From positions 224,398 through 288,397 of the forward strand of contig NW_019217822.1 of the NCBI RefSeq assembly GCF_002571385.2: a DNA stretch of 64,000 nt, written 5' to 3'. Under the pieces are notes generated by a model. The model was not told the origin of the DNA, made no database searches, and saw nothing but the letters and a program-made list of their open reading frames with translations. Both the position numbers and the translations under genes were made by a program. The DNA is from Stylophora pistillata. Lineage: Eukaryota. This document shows, in pieces, positions 12,667 to 25,300 of the stretch; the stretch's first letter is position 1; every line of letters begins with the position of its first letter.

Positions 12667-13761
12667 ACCATTTGTCTGAAAGGAACTCTTGATTGTTCCA
12701 CAAATTCTCCTCATCTTGTCAGCTCCTTAGGAAATGTATAGAGAAGAGGAATTAAGCCAAATATGCGTACTGATCTTAAGGTGTAAAGCAGTAATATTAT
12801 TATAATTCTGTAAGTAGGTTCGAAGTGTTTACAGCATAAAAGCCACGCTACAGTACATGTAGTGCTGTTTAAATGATCATTTTTAAATGATCATTTTTTT
12901 TAATGTACATTTTTTTTGTAGGTCAGCTTTCATGGGAAAGAATAAGAAACTTCAACAAAGAACACAACAAGAAAGCATTGCTGACTCAAGATGAAGAAAT
13001 TACATCATCTCAACAGGCAAAACAGACCAGCACGAAAAAATTTAAAGGTGGTACTGCTGTCTCAACGTGGAGGAGTACCACACATGGGATTCGCACAATA
13101 CTTACTGTGAGTGCCATTAATATATATTACTTTACTTGTTGTGCAACTGAAAATTTTTTTTTAACTTAACTAAATATTTAAGACCCCCCAGTTTGCTCAT
13201 GACAATTAGTTAGAGCGCCGGATTGTGTTGTGTGGGAGGTCGAGGGTTCGAGTCCTGGCCAGACCAGTACTCATGATCTTAAAATAATTAACTGATGAAA
13301 ATTTGCTACCTTTCTATAATATCAAGAAATGGATAGATATTCTAGTCTTCTCAGATAAGGACAAATAAACCGTAGGCCCCGTCTCCTGCAGGGTTAGGGG
13401 TAGGAGACGTTAATTTCCCACATTATGAGATTACTGTGTGATGGATGTCCTCCCCTGAGGTGGGATGGGTAGGTGTTATTATTTCACAGGGCCCCATTTA
13501 AACTAGCAATTTGCTAAACTGGGCTACCCTGTATAAATATTCGTAAATACAATACAATACAATACTATACTATAGTTGTGAATGTTGCTTTATTTTGATG
13601 TTTTGGTTAGAAAAGTGACTAAAAGCCTGAACATAAGATGTTTAACTAGACATGACTGTATAATGTGGAGTAGAACTGCAGTATAGTATAGATTAGACAA
13701 TGTACTAACCATGTGCAAGTAGAAGATAAGTTGCATGGCTTAGTTATCCTTTTTTAATTTT

Positions 13762-13792
<31 letters not shown>

Positions 13793-16700
13793 CTGTGTGT
13801 AAATCAGTTTCAGAGCTTAAACTGTAACTTACATCCAAACTTGTGCACAAAGTCGGTTAACAATTCAAAACAATGTATATTTACAAAGAGCTACTTTTTT
13901 AATTGTTGCACATGAATAAATCTCTAACTTATTTTCTAATTTTCACTTTAAGCCCTCCACTCCTTGCTCAGGTGTTGCTAGTGGAAGCAGGAAGTCAAGT
14001 GCTCATGTTTCTAATGGAAAACAGAAGGCAAAGAAGACGCCAACCCCAACAATGATACCAATTGAACAAAAATTCCCCAAGGTAAGCAGTAGTGACAGGG
14101 GTTCCATTTAAACACCTCTCACACTGTCCCCCATATCTCTCTTATAGGTATGTTAATTTTGACTTACATGTCAAGTTCTTGACTGAATGTTGAAAAGCTA
14201 ACAACTTAACGAAAGGCAACAAATTTGCAGTTGAAAACATGTTTCCTGTACTGCGTGAGCATGTTCAGGAACTTCCAGCTATTTATATGCCTTTATTGGA
14301 ACGTTTTTGCGAATTTTCTCAGAACGTAAAGAAACCAGCTTAGAAATTGGGTCAGGAAACACAGACGTTCATGTTATTTAAGCACCGACAGAAAAAATCC
14401 CTCATGAATTGTTGTTTAATCAATATATATGTTTCTTCGACTCCATTTTCAGGTGGAATTCCCTCCATTAGCAGCCTACAGATTGGAGTTTGGTGAACCA
14501 GACCCAGACCCTGAAGAGGTAAAGAATGCTACAGTTTGTGAATAGTCCTTTTTACAGTTGTGTGCTTGGTTGCCAAGCCTTTGAACAGGAGTGAGGCTAG
14601 AGATGACCTTGTTATGATACAAACCTTGCTGCCTTTCAAATGTAAATCACTTTGTTATCATGCTAACTAGATACAGGTCTCTATCACAACAAGGTCATCT
14701 TTAGCCTCACTCTGAATCAAAGGCTTGGCAACTAAGTACACAACTGTAAAATGGCCTATTAAACTAACTTTACTAATCACTTACCACGACAAAAATCAAT
14801 GGTCCAAGTTCTTCTGGAACAACTGGAGAAAGCTCTTCTTTGTGAATGCGCCACTTTAAAATCCAATTTCTTTATTTCAGAATTTGTTATATTACGCAAA
14901 AGAACAATGCACCTGAAACTTTAGGTAACTTGCCACGGTTTTCGACAAGCTCGGATCGTTTGGTCGAGGGTGTGTGTCTTGCGAACCTCGGACTACACCT
15001 GAGTAGAGTGGAGGTGGACTAGTAGCCCTAAACAAGAATGTATTACATAGTCCTGGGGTGAATTAGCATTTAGACGCTTTGTTAGTTGTTGGATTATTGT
15101 TTAGTTCGTATATATTTGTCCTCGTATTTAACAGGTACGAAAGCAAGAAGAAGTTAATAAAAGGTTACAGGCAAGAAATAGTCTGAAAAGAACCTTAAAC
15201 ACGATGTTTTCACATGCCTTGGCTAACAGAGCCGCTACGCTGAGGTATTCACCAATCCCTCCAATTTTTTAACGTTCAACCGTAAAGTTGATTCGAAATC
15301 ACATCCCTTCTATTACTCTTTTAACTCTCATGATCTGATTGTTAATTCTTTCCCCTAGCTGCTTCATAATGTAAATTCAGTAGTTAAGAAAATTATGGTG
15401 TTAGGTCAAACTAACAAGTTGTACCTGATAAGTTAAAGTATTCTCATTACCTGTTTGCTGGGTTATGTATGGATGATGTAGATATCGCTGTTGAAATCAT
15501 TTACTAATATTTATCAGACTGATGGATAAGAATGAAGACTATAATTTTGAAAACCTTTCTGGAGCTTCAAATATGGATGAGGTAAGTTAATTACGTTTTC
15601 CTCTAACTTTTTGGAAACATTTTTTCGCCACTATCTGTGATCATCTGGCCTTGGTACTAGTCAACATTCTCCGATTTATTGAATGGTCTCTCAAATTCCT
15701 CAATAGAACGCCAGAAGCGAAGTAGTCAAACCAAAATTGGTTTGTCCAAAAGACTATTAAAGATGTTAATGATTGCTCTTGCTGCAGTATCTAACAATTT
15801 GTTAATTTATTTTTCAACCGTAGTTTCACGACTTGGCTAGTGTTCAGTTTAAACCGAGAACAAGCGCCATAAAGAAACAGTCGGCAAGGACATCCAGTGG
15901 CAAAGGTAAAGCTAACTTAATGAAATGTAGAACATTTTACTTGACTGAGATATGGTTTTGTTTTCCTTGTGTACCATCCTCACGGTCAATGAGATTAGAT
16001 TCTCAAGGTTGTGTAGTTTAAAAGAAACTAAAACCATTGAAAGCGCTTTGTAATAGGCCGAATTTTTAATTTTATTAATTTTTATATAACCATTCAAGAG
16101 AGTAAAACAGCTAGGAACCAGTTGTAACTCTTTCTTCCTTTTCGTCACTCTCTTTCGATTTTCTTCTAGGGGAGAAGTGTAAAACTGATAGTACTAAGAG
16201 TGCCAGAAGGAAAGCTAAGATTCCAGAAAGTGATAATCCAGATGGAAGTGAATCCAGAGCCGGTTCTCTCTCTCCTAAAGAAGAGTAAGTTTCGCATTTC
16301 GTTTTCCTTCATGGTATCAAGGTTGATATGCTAAGTAATGAGAAATAATAAACATTTAAAAAAGAGAGATTAGATTCTTGTTGAGGAAATTCGAACGTCA
16401 GCTAGTCTCGATTTCGCGTTTAGAAGCCTCATCAATAGACCAGAATAGAGTTCGTTGGCGAGTCAGGCCTTGTACGAGGTTGTTACAGTGATCGCGGAAA
16501 ACTACGATTCGTACTCCATCATCCCTAAGTTCACCCTTTTGATAGTCAGCTCCATCACCTTGTTTGGTGGGTTTTTGGGTCAGTTAATTACCGACCTCTT
16601 CACTGATGCTCCTCCAAAAATCAAGGATATTAAGGTTGAACGTGTCCTAGATGGAAATGTTAATTTTTAAAATGTCCCACTTAAAAACCATTTTATTTTA

Positions 16701-17186
16701 TTGTTTTCATAGCTTGGTGGTGGAGCTACCACCGCTCACCCTAAATCAGCTTTCCACTCGCTGCACCGTCAGGGTAAGTGCCATTTGCAGACGATCCCAT
16801 TCCCATTGCTTGAATTTACCTGGTAAACCACTAGATGGCTTAAGAATTTCAACAATGAGTTCATAGTGTCGGCGATCCCCCTGTTAGCTTGTAGAAAAAA
16901 GGTCTTATTCGTTCATCGATTCTTTTCCGTAAATAGCGCAACCTTTGCGGCGCCCCTTTTAGCTCTATGCTCGTACAGGATTAAATTCATACAATATAGA
17001 AAGCCATCTTCTGTAAACTGACTTTGACGTGGAGAACTTTAACTTGTGACGGTTTTATCGCTTGACGACACAAACCCTAACCTCATAACCTATTTGTTGT
17101 TGTATGTTTTCCCTCAGGAGGCCAAATGTCTGAGTTCGTTTTGGGTCAACCCAATGACCGAAAAAAAAGAAGTTGAACAGCGGTGA
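8949..17186 (+). CDS. Uncharacterised ~540 aa charged, partly coiled-coil protein, 15 exons
   Basis: Phase-consistent GT-AG exons: 8949-8995, 9071-9209, 10343-10525, 11052-11210, 11837-11932, 12063-12180, 12922-13106, 13953-14081, 14453-14518, 15135-15244, 15518-15581, 15824-15905, 16170-16284, 16713-16773, 17118-17186 (1623 nt, open). MDESLRCPKQSILWAQKLFQSTFPP...CLSSFWVNPMTEKKEVEQR*. Confidence 0.82.
11216..11688. mobile_element. MITE with GAGGGGGG/CCCCCCTC ends and AAAACCG-like internal repeats
   Basis: Ends tgagggggg and cccccctca; related copies at 32979-33308 and 38846-39246. Confidence 0.65.
12355..12787 (-). mobile_element. piggyBac-like MITE interrupted by a decayed palindromic hammerhead-type element (~12462-12670)
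   Basis: The two MITE halves flank ttagcccttc..acgaagggctaatgctcaaaacgtcag..cagtttctttagaaac. Confidence 0.6.
13182..13565 (+). mobile_element. tRNA-derived SINE with a different 3' tail
   Basis: B box GGTTCGAGTCC; body homologous to 3255-3617; ends in (CAATA)n. Confidence 0.8.
13766..13800. repeat. (TG)n microsatellite
   Basis: Read directly from the sequence. Confidence 0.95.
14541..14760. mobile_element. Near-fully palindromic MITE (~220 bp)
   Basis: Arms ttttacagttgtgtgcttggttgccaagcctttga..gagtgaggcta..gatgaccttgtt and aacaaggtcatc..tagcctcactc..tcaaaggcttggcaactaagtacacaactgtaaaa. Confidence 0.8.
15319..15480 (+). mobile_element. Degenerate piggyBac-like MITE
   Basis: Resembles the reverse complement of 47580-47776. 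Confidence 0.5.
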
Positions 17187-19303
17187 AAATCGAAATTCCA
17201 CAGAGTTTGTGTCCTAACTTGTCTCGGAGAGTAGAGTATTGACAACCTCAAAATGAAAGGGCAGAAATTGTGACATTGTGGGTTTACAAATGAACAAACT
17301 CTGTCACCAACTAACTGGTGTACGTGGAACATTCAAATGCCGGAGAAGACACTGAAGGCGATTTTGCCGAGTGGCAAAGATCCAGTTGGCTCCAGTGTCA
17401 CTCGTTCTATAATCTTTACGTCATACGCGGTTATTTTAACATGGGATCTGACTGTATAAATAAGTATCAAAGGAGAACAAATTAAAGATATTTTATTTCA
17501 GACTGTGTTCTGAGTGTGTACGTTTCTCTACCTCCTCAATTTTCCAGAGCGTGCTCGAGCATACCCAAAGTGTGTCATGACAAGAATTATGCGCAGTAAT
17601 ATTGAAAAAAAGGAAAGAAAATGAAAAGGCTTTTATTGTTAGTTTAGACTTGAGTACGAACATGTACCATTCATTGTATGGCGATTTTATCTTTTTAAGA
17701 CTAGAAATATGAAACTACGATTTGTAGAGTTAGCATCAGTTTTTAAAATAAAACGATACTTTTCTAAAGAAAAAATCTTTGAAGGACCGATTCATAAAAT
17801 TCTCTGTCCCTAATTAGCCTTCGTAGAGGTCTACACAAGGTTATAAAAGGCAGTTTGATCGTATTTTCGCATCACTTTTCGATTTTATGGTATAATGTGT
17901 AAAAAGGGGACACGAAAAGCGTGAAAGAGGAGGAAATCTCAGAGTTGAATGATGATCAGCTGCATTGAAAAATTAACTCAGTAATCTTTCGTGTACACCG
18001 GCACGAATTCAATTGCGTGAGTGTTATGTTAATAGTTGGCCTCCGGCCCGCCATAACTTTCGTCAGCTGTTCAAATTGAAATAATTGTCAGCATCTCCTA
18101 GAATGCTGATGACAAATTGGATTGAATCAGTTTCACAGGGAGCCTAAATATTCAATATTTTGTCAATCGCACGCAAGTCCTAGCCGAGTCGCCTCCAAGA
18201 AATTCAGTTGCGATTCAGTAAATTTGTTGTTTAATGCTATTACCTTTTTTTTTTTTTTTTGGTTTGTGTTGTTTTTGTTTTTGTTTTTTTTTCTGCTTTC
18301 TTTCCATGAAATAAACAAAAAAACATAAACAAAGCAAAACAAAGCAAAACAAAAATATTCACAATTTTTTTTTCTAGGCTGGCGAAAATAATGAAAGTCC
18401 GAAATTGGTTACGATCTTTTAAACCGAGTTTCGAACCGCATTGGCATAACTGTAGGTTTGTCTGAAGAGCAAGCATTATTAACTTCCAATTTACCGATCA
18501 GTTAAAAATGTTAATGAAACGTACGAAAGAATAAGGAAACTTACATGCAAGCATGCTAAAAACGCTAAAGACCATGAAAACCAATTAAGCTTTGAAAGAA
18601 TAATTGTAGGGTTAACAAACTCGGGATTCTCTGTTGTGAGTTATATGACACACTACGAATTAAGATTTCCGAAAGTAATCAGGACCGGACATCAGAAGTG
18701 CTTTCATACGGTGAGTTACGAATCTGACATATAAATTATTTAGGATAGTTTATTCAAAATCATATGACAAGTTATTACGTTCGAGAGAGGTACAATTTAC
18801 ACAACTGTGAGTTTTTGGATACGTTTCCAATGCAATTTCTTCAGCCGAAATGAGTAACGCAAAAATTAATCAGCGCTCAAATCACCAGTCTGCCCAAAAC
18901 GAACCTCGACAGAATTCCATTTTACTATTTTGAAAAAAAAAATTGGTCGAGAACTCAAATAGTCTTAATTCGCCTCTAGTTTCTTTTATTTTTTAGCTTT
19001 TCTTTCAATCGGGAAAAAGACTTAGCTCTGTTATTTCAGGATTTTGCAGCATTCGAAATTAATCAGACAACGGCGCAGCACCTTTTTTTTTTCAGTTTGC
19101 ATCATCTCTCGGTGGTTTTATACCGGAAATATCAGACCGCATTGGGAGAATGAACGCGCGCGCGCACGCAGTAGCCTAAATTTCAGACAGATGACGATCC
19201 ACGCGACGTAAACAGAGGACAGTGGCGGGAATGGCTTTGGAACGCATTTTAGTTGAAGTGTCTTTTTATCATTTCCCAGCAAATTTTCAAGCTTGGCAGG
19301 AAA

Positions 19304-22300
19304 ATGTCGTCGCCTACAAAGCAAGTTAGTGTTCGAAGGCTGCCGCCGCTTCCAAATCAGCTAGGTCAGAGGAACATAAGAGAAGCTATCAGCTCGAATA
19401 ATGAAAATCACGCCAGAAGCAGTATTAAAGCAAAATCTTCTGGAGGTAAACCCGAGCAAGATTTATTCTTTAAATCTTTTTTAGCTGTTCCCAATATTAA
19501 GCTGGGAATATTTTTCTACAGTTCCTAATTTTGCTTGTATTAGAGCTTGGAGTTTTTGTTCATTACTTGTTATTGCACGATAACCACTCTGTTTGTATAA
19601 ATACATAGATGAAAGTACTCCAAAAGACACCAAAGCCGTCGCCTAAGCCTTACTTTTTATGATAATTGTATTTTAAATCGACTCTCTCCTGGCGGTGAGG
19701 TCTTAATATTCGTCTTTTCTGACGCATAATCCTCGTAAGCGCTAATAGGTTTAAAGGATATAGCGCGGCTTACTTCCGAATAATGCGTTCAGTGCTTCCT
19801 GCATACAGAATGTCGAGTCGAGCTCAATAATTTCGGATGAAATATGACCTGATGATAATGGCAGGAACTTTCTAACATTATCTTTGAAGCCCCCGACTGA
19901 ATTTAAGCTTTTTAGAATACTGCTGGTCAGATGACTAGAAATTAAACCATTCTATGTAAACATTAACCGCTAAGCGCGCGTTTAGACATTTTGCTCTGTG
20001 TGAAGTTTCTCAGTTTGGATGTGAACAATTAACGATTTTTAGTTTATATTTATAATTATGGTTTTGGGTTTTTTCCGATGCTTTTACTGTTTTCTTTGGC
20101 TGCAAGCTTATTCATGTCTTTTCGTGGAAGCGTTATTTCTTTCTATTAACAGGGAAATGCGGACCAGAGTGTGAATGCAAATCAATTTTTTTCTATTCAA
20201 CTCGAATATGCGACAAATTAACCAAAGGAACGGTTTCACTATTTGTAATCAATTCAATTTTCTTATATCTAAAACTAATACTCCAAAAAGAGGAGGTTGT
20301 TATTAAGGTTGTTATCTTTTTTTTAACAGCGAAGAAGAATTTTATTTGCTATGGCTGTTGTCTTGGGTCGCTAGGAGCTGTCCATCGAGAATAAGCTTAA
20401 TTAAGGCATATATTCATTTAGAACCAGACTTATTCGTAGCGACAGAATCATTCATTATTTATAAAATACGTATCAGCACGAGCACTAAATCTTTTAAACC
20501 TCTCATGAAATACAATAAAACCCACCGCAGTGAGATTGCGATAAAGAAATGTTATAATGAAATACACCAGGTGACCCTAAGATTGAAATTGACATTTTAG
20601 TACGGAAAGATGTCAACGTATTATTCATGTATTTCGGAAAGCTTTTTGAAGCCCTGTGTCGAAAAACTTTATTATCATACCAAAGCGTGTTTTTTCTTTT
20701 CTTTTTTTTCATTAGTTTTGTCATTTTTAGTTTTTATTTGCGCCCTTAATAAGGAAGATAGCATAAAAATGTTTTATTACCAACCAAGTTTGAGGCTAAA
20801 TGCGTGCATTTTAAATTCAGTCTTTAAATCTTTTCCCCTTTTGTTTATCTATTTGTTTAGCTACTTATCTAGTTTTCATCACCAATCAATTTTCATATCA
20901 AAAAGGGTGCTTTTGTTTAAATATTTGTCTTGCTTTTTAATATCTACGTTTTCGTTTATTTTCGTTGAGTGATTCAGTTTATTTACCGGGTTTCTGCTCG
21001 TTCGGTTGCCATCTTCAAACTATTCACATTTTTAGTTTGGATTTTTGCGTAATTTCCTTGCAGGATTAGAAATCACCTTTACCCTTTACAGCAAAAAATA
21101 AACAAAACAATAAGAAATTCCCAGTTTGAATCCTTTTGGTTTCTCTTGGCGAGAACAACAGCTAAATTCTAAATTTATTTCTATTTATTGGTTATACATA
21201 TAATACAATTACAGTTCTTTCTGACACTTTTTGACCTTTTATTATTACACATAATTGCACTAATTCAGAATTTACTTTTCTGACATTAGTTCTCTCAGAG
21301 ATGCGAGTTAAAGAGTACCTATTGGCCAACCCACAAGTGTTGGAGGATTTCATCATGGCAGATATAAGCCAAGAGCAGCTAGAAAGATGGCTGATCAGAA
21401 AGACACAATCTGCAGAACATATTAAAGAGGACGGTGGTGCTGGTATGGCAATTTTATTAGATGGTCATCAGCAAAACATGTGAATTTAAACCGGGTTTAA
21501 CCGGATAAAATTCGAAAACGAAGCACTGAAAAAAGGAATTTCCATAAGTTTTAAAAAGTCACTAACTTGTATTTTCAATGCGATGAATTTCAAGTCTAAC
21601 AAACATCGATTAAGCAGCTTCCATGAAGAAACCAATTTTAAACCGTGTTTAACAAAACAGATTTTAAGCATTGGTACGAACGGGGCACAAGTCTTCTATC
21701 ATTGTTACGTTATAATTGTGCTCTTTCCAATCCCTTCTAAGGCCTTTTCTATAAAGATCTTAGGTCTTTAAACTAAATTGTTTTCGCTCTTTGTTGTGAA
21801 TCAAATTTAAAGTCTTGTTCGATACTCTCCTTTAGAGTTTTGAAGAATTAAAAATTGTGTAATTTGTCTTCGATATGTTTCTTCTCCATTTTCCTAGGTG
21901 TGAGATCATCTCTCTCCAAATGGAAGGTACGGTAGGAACGTTGATTATGTATACATACGCAAATCATTGGCGGATCCGAACCTTAAGCTAAGGGGGGCCC
22001 AGTTTTGGTTGTGTGTGTACACCTGCACCTGCTGGATTCAGTTCTTCCTTCTGTGTTTATATTTTTACCAAAATAAAGGGGGGGGGCTCAATAACAACAA
22101 CAACAACTTTATTTTTTCACCCCAAAATATACAAGAGAGAAAAATTTATAATAATAGTACAGACAATGATAGGGGGGCTGGCTGCCCGAAATAACCTTAG
22201 AGTTAAAAATGCCAGGCCTCTCCTAGATCCGCCACTGCTAATAAATTGAATCGTCATCTGTTCATTTGATTGTACGAAAACTCTAATTAATGATACATTT

Positions 22301-25300
22301 ATGGTTTTTTTTGTGTGTGTGTGGGGATAGTTTTGCGTTCATACCGACAAGCGAAAAATGCTCCAGCAACTGACGAAAGACATCAATCAACAGCCGAAAA
22401 AAGTCAGAGTTATGCACGAGCTCGTCAAAAGCGTAGCTGCAGGTGCGTAAGAATTTTTAGTGTTTGTCTTGCGATGATCTGAAACTATTTTCCTTTAATT
22501 TCGCTTTTCCTTTGCATTATTGGAGAGGAAAACTATATCTAGGTAATCATAAGTTTTAATATTGATACTTCTCGGTCAACGATAGGCAATTTTACTCATA
22601 ATTAGGCACAGTTTCTAATGTTGCTGGAACTTAAGAAGTCTCGCACAACTTCTGCGAGAATCCGCAGAGAAAACAGGAACAAATTCATCATAAAATAGAG
22701 AAAACAAGGAATTGATAAAAGTCTTTATAATTACATCTGGGTGCAGGAATGATTTAAGGATAATAATATCAAATGAACCCTATGTCCATCAATAAATGTC
22801 AGTTTTATGTTTCCTAGCCACCCATGCAAATGTACATTCACTATACCTGGTGGACAAGAATGGAAGGGTAAACTTTCATCGATCTTACATTCAAAAATCT
22901 TACCTAGTCATGTTCATCAACTGTATAATCTTGATTAGAAATTCATTGCGAACACTGATTGGTTCGGAGCCGGTGAGCGGCGCAAAAGGCAAGAATTTAA
23001 TTTTCTGCTGTTGTCTACCTTCAATCGTTTACTCGATAAGTTTAGAACTGAAGACATTTTAGAGTTTTTTTCTCTAATTTGCTGAAAGATACTGGCTATA
23101 TCCTCGTTCACGTTTGCAGTAAATCTGTAGATATTACTTTTATTACAAATTACTTTGAACTGAAGCAAATAAAACTTATCGTGTTTCTTTTCTGTATTAA
23201 TGAGATGAACACCATGTCTTATGTTCTTTCAATCTCGCAGGACATTTATCTGTATTCAGAGAACAAGCCGAGGTAAAGCAAAGACATTGTTGGCTCAAGT
23301 GTGTTTGTGCGATTCAAATTTATGTGCGACCAGCCTTGTACTCTCTTCAACTGTAAATCTGATTTTTGTTTGATTCTTTTCTTTTTTTTTTTTTTTTCGT
23401 CTTGCCGGTCTCTTTGTCGTCAGACAATCGGATGTGGTGGCACAATTGCAGCTTATGTCGCTGAGACAGGACAAAGGCTTTACGTTAAAGATATTCTCGG
23501 GGTAAACCTTTCATCGAAGTTTGTTGACTTAACGTCATGAAGTCGTGGCTCTCTTATGCACCATATCTTTCAAGCGCGCTGTACAAGAACTCTGTTCTAA
23601 TCTTTTCTACACTCCCCTTAAATTGTGGCTTTTCGCTAGCTAACGACTTGTCCATTTCACAACTTGGCTAAGACTTACTAAATCGAGAAAGTGTTACCTA
23701 ACCCAGCCAGCTCCACGTGAGGTAATGACGTATTTAGCCTCAATGTCAATAATATTTTTTCTTATTGTTGGAGGTGTTTTTGTTATTTCTCTTCACTCAG
23801 ACGTTTGTGGTCTGAATCCGTTCTGGAAAAAGCAACAAACCAAAGCAAAAAGCGATAACGATTCGTTAAATCTAGAAATAAGTTCATTATACACGGTGAA
23901 CCAGCACACTGAACACCTTGTGATTTAAGATTGGCTAATTTGAGTACAATCAGACATTAGTTCTTAATAAAAGTTATTATCGATTATTTTGTCATAGGAC
24001 GAGAGATTTCCCAAAGGAATTGGCATTGAAGGTAAGCTTGCACACATTTTCTTTTAGATTGATTTCCATATTGAGTGTCGAAAGAAATTCGCGATTGGTT
24101 TAGAAAACTCGAGCTACTCTCTCAGCCAATCAGATGCAAAACTAAAAAAAAAAGCGTCTTAATTATGTTCGTTTTGACGCTCAATCCAGATGCTCTACAT
24201 AACTAAAGTGAGACGCTGCTAAACGCCCGACGCAGCAGAATACTTAGACGAAAAATTAGGATTCCTCGATCAAGCGTAACCTTTTGTTGTAGCAAAAATT
24301 TCTCTCCTCTAATTAATACAATCTAAACTCCTTTCGACGACGGCAGGAGTATGATAAAACTAAAGTAAACGTAATTAATAGGAGCGAAGAGAATCGTAGA
24401 CAGATTTTTTTTGAATAGCTGTTTCTGAAAGTTTTTGGTTCACGGAAGAAATAGAAAACGTCGCTGCTTTGCCGTTCTCGCAATCTGCCTTTGCGTCGGG
24501 AAAATCTTCAAGAAATTATTTCGTATAAGCTGCAATACGTCGGGTGCCATTTATGAGTGTACTTTTGTACAAATGATTGAGTTCTCTGCGCGTAATCATT
24601 CCCGCTATGCAGAAATGACAGTAATAACTGACAGTCACTTGGAAATGTGCCTCTTTGTGTTTCAGACAGCACAGCCCAGTCTGTATTGTGTCAGCCTATC
24701 GTGCAAGCCGATGGAACTATAGTTGGTATGAAAAAAAATTTTTTTTTTTTTTATCTAATAATTCCAAAACTTTGTACCATTTGATGCAAAACACAAATAA
24801 AATCTTCAAGCTCCGGCTGTTCAAATGGTGGATAACACTGTATCCACTGGAAAAGTCTTTAATGATGGACAACGCCGTACGATTTTTTAACAATTGTCCA
24901 CCGGATACCTTTGTCCGCCTTTAAAACGAACTTGCCCAAGAGTTAAAAAATAGGCACCAAATCTGTCTCTTAAAAATATCAATAATTTTGAAGTTAGTAC
25001 ATGTAAGGGATACGAGTTAGGGGAATATTTTATCAAAAAAATATCTGGAACTCAGTATGGTACTTATAGATGAGGTGGTAATTTAAAGATGGATTTTTGT
25101 GCAAAAGTAGTCATCAAATACTTAAGGTTTACAAATCCTATCATTAAAAGTCAGCTTGCTCCATGGGAAGGAAAGAAATTGAGAGTTCATTTTGGTGGAA
25201 TCACTCTTAAGCATGACATATTTTTGTGACAGACAGCGCGGTATTCTGGTTTTTATTCCAGGTATTGTGGAATTGGTTAAAAAACTCGGCAACCCATCAT

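Noticed and set aside
16405-16670. Intronic ORF and a weak hammerhead-like UUGAUGA..GAAA on the minus strand
   Set aside because: No splice or homology support; the core and stems are incomplete.
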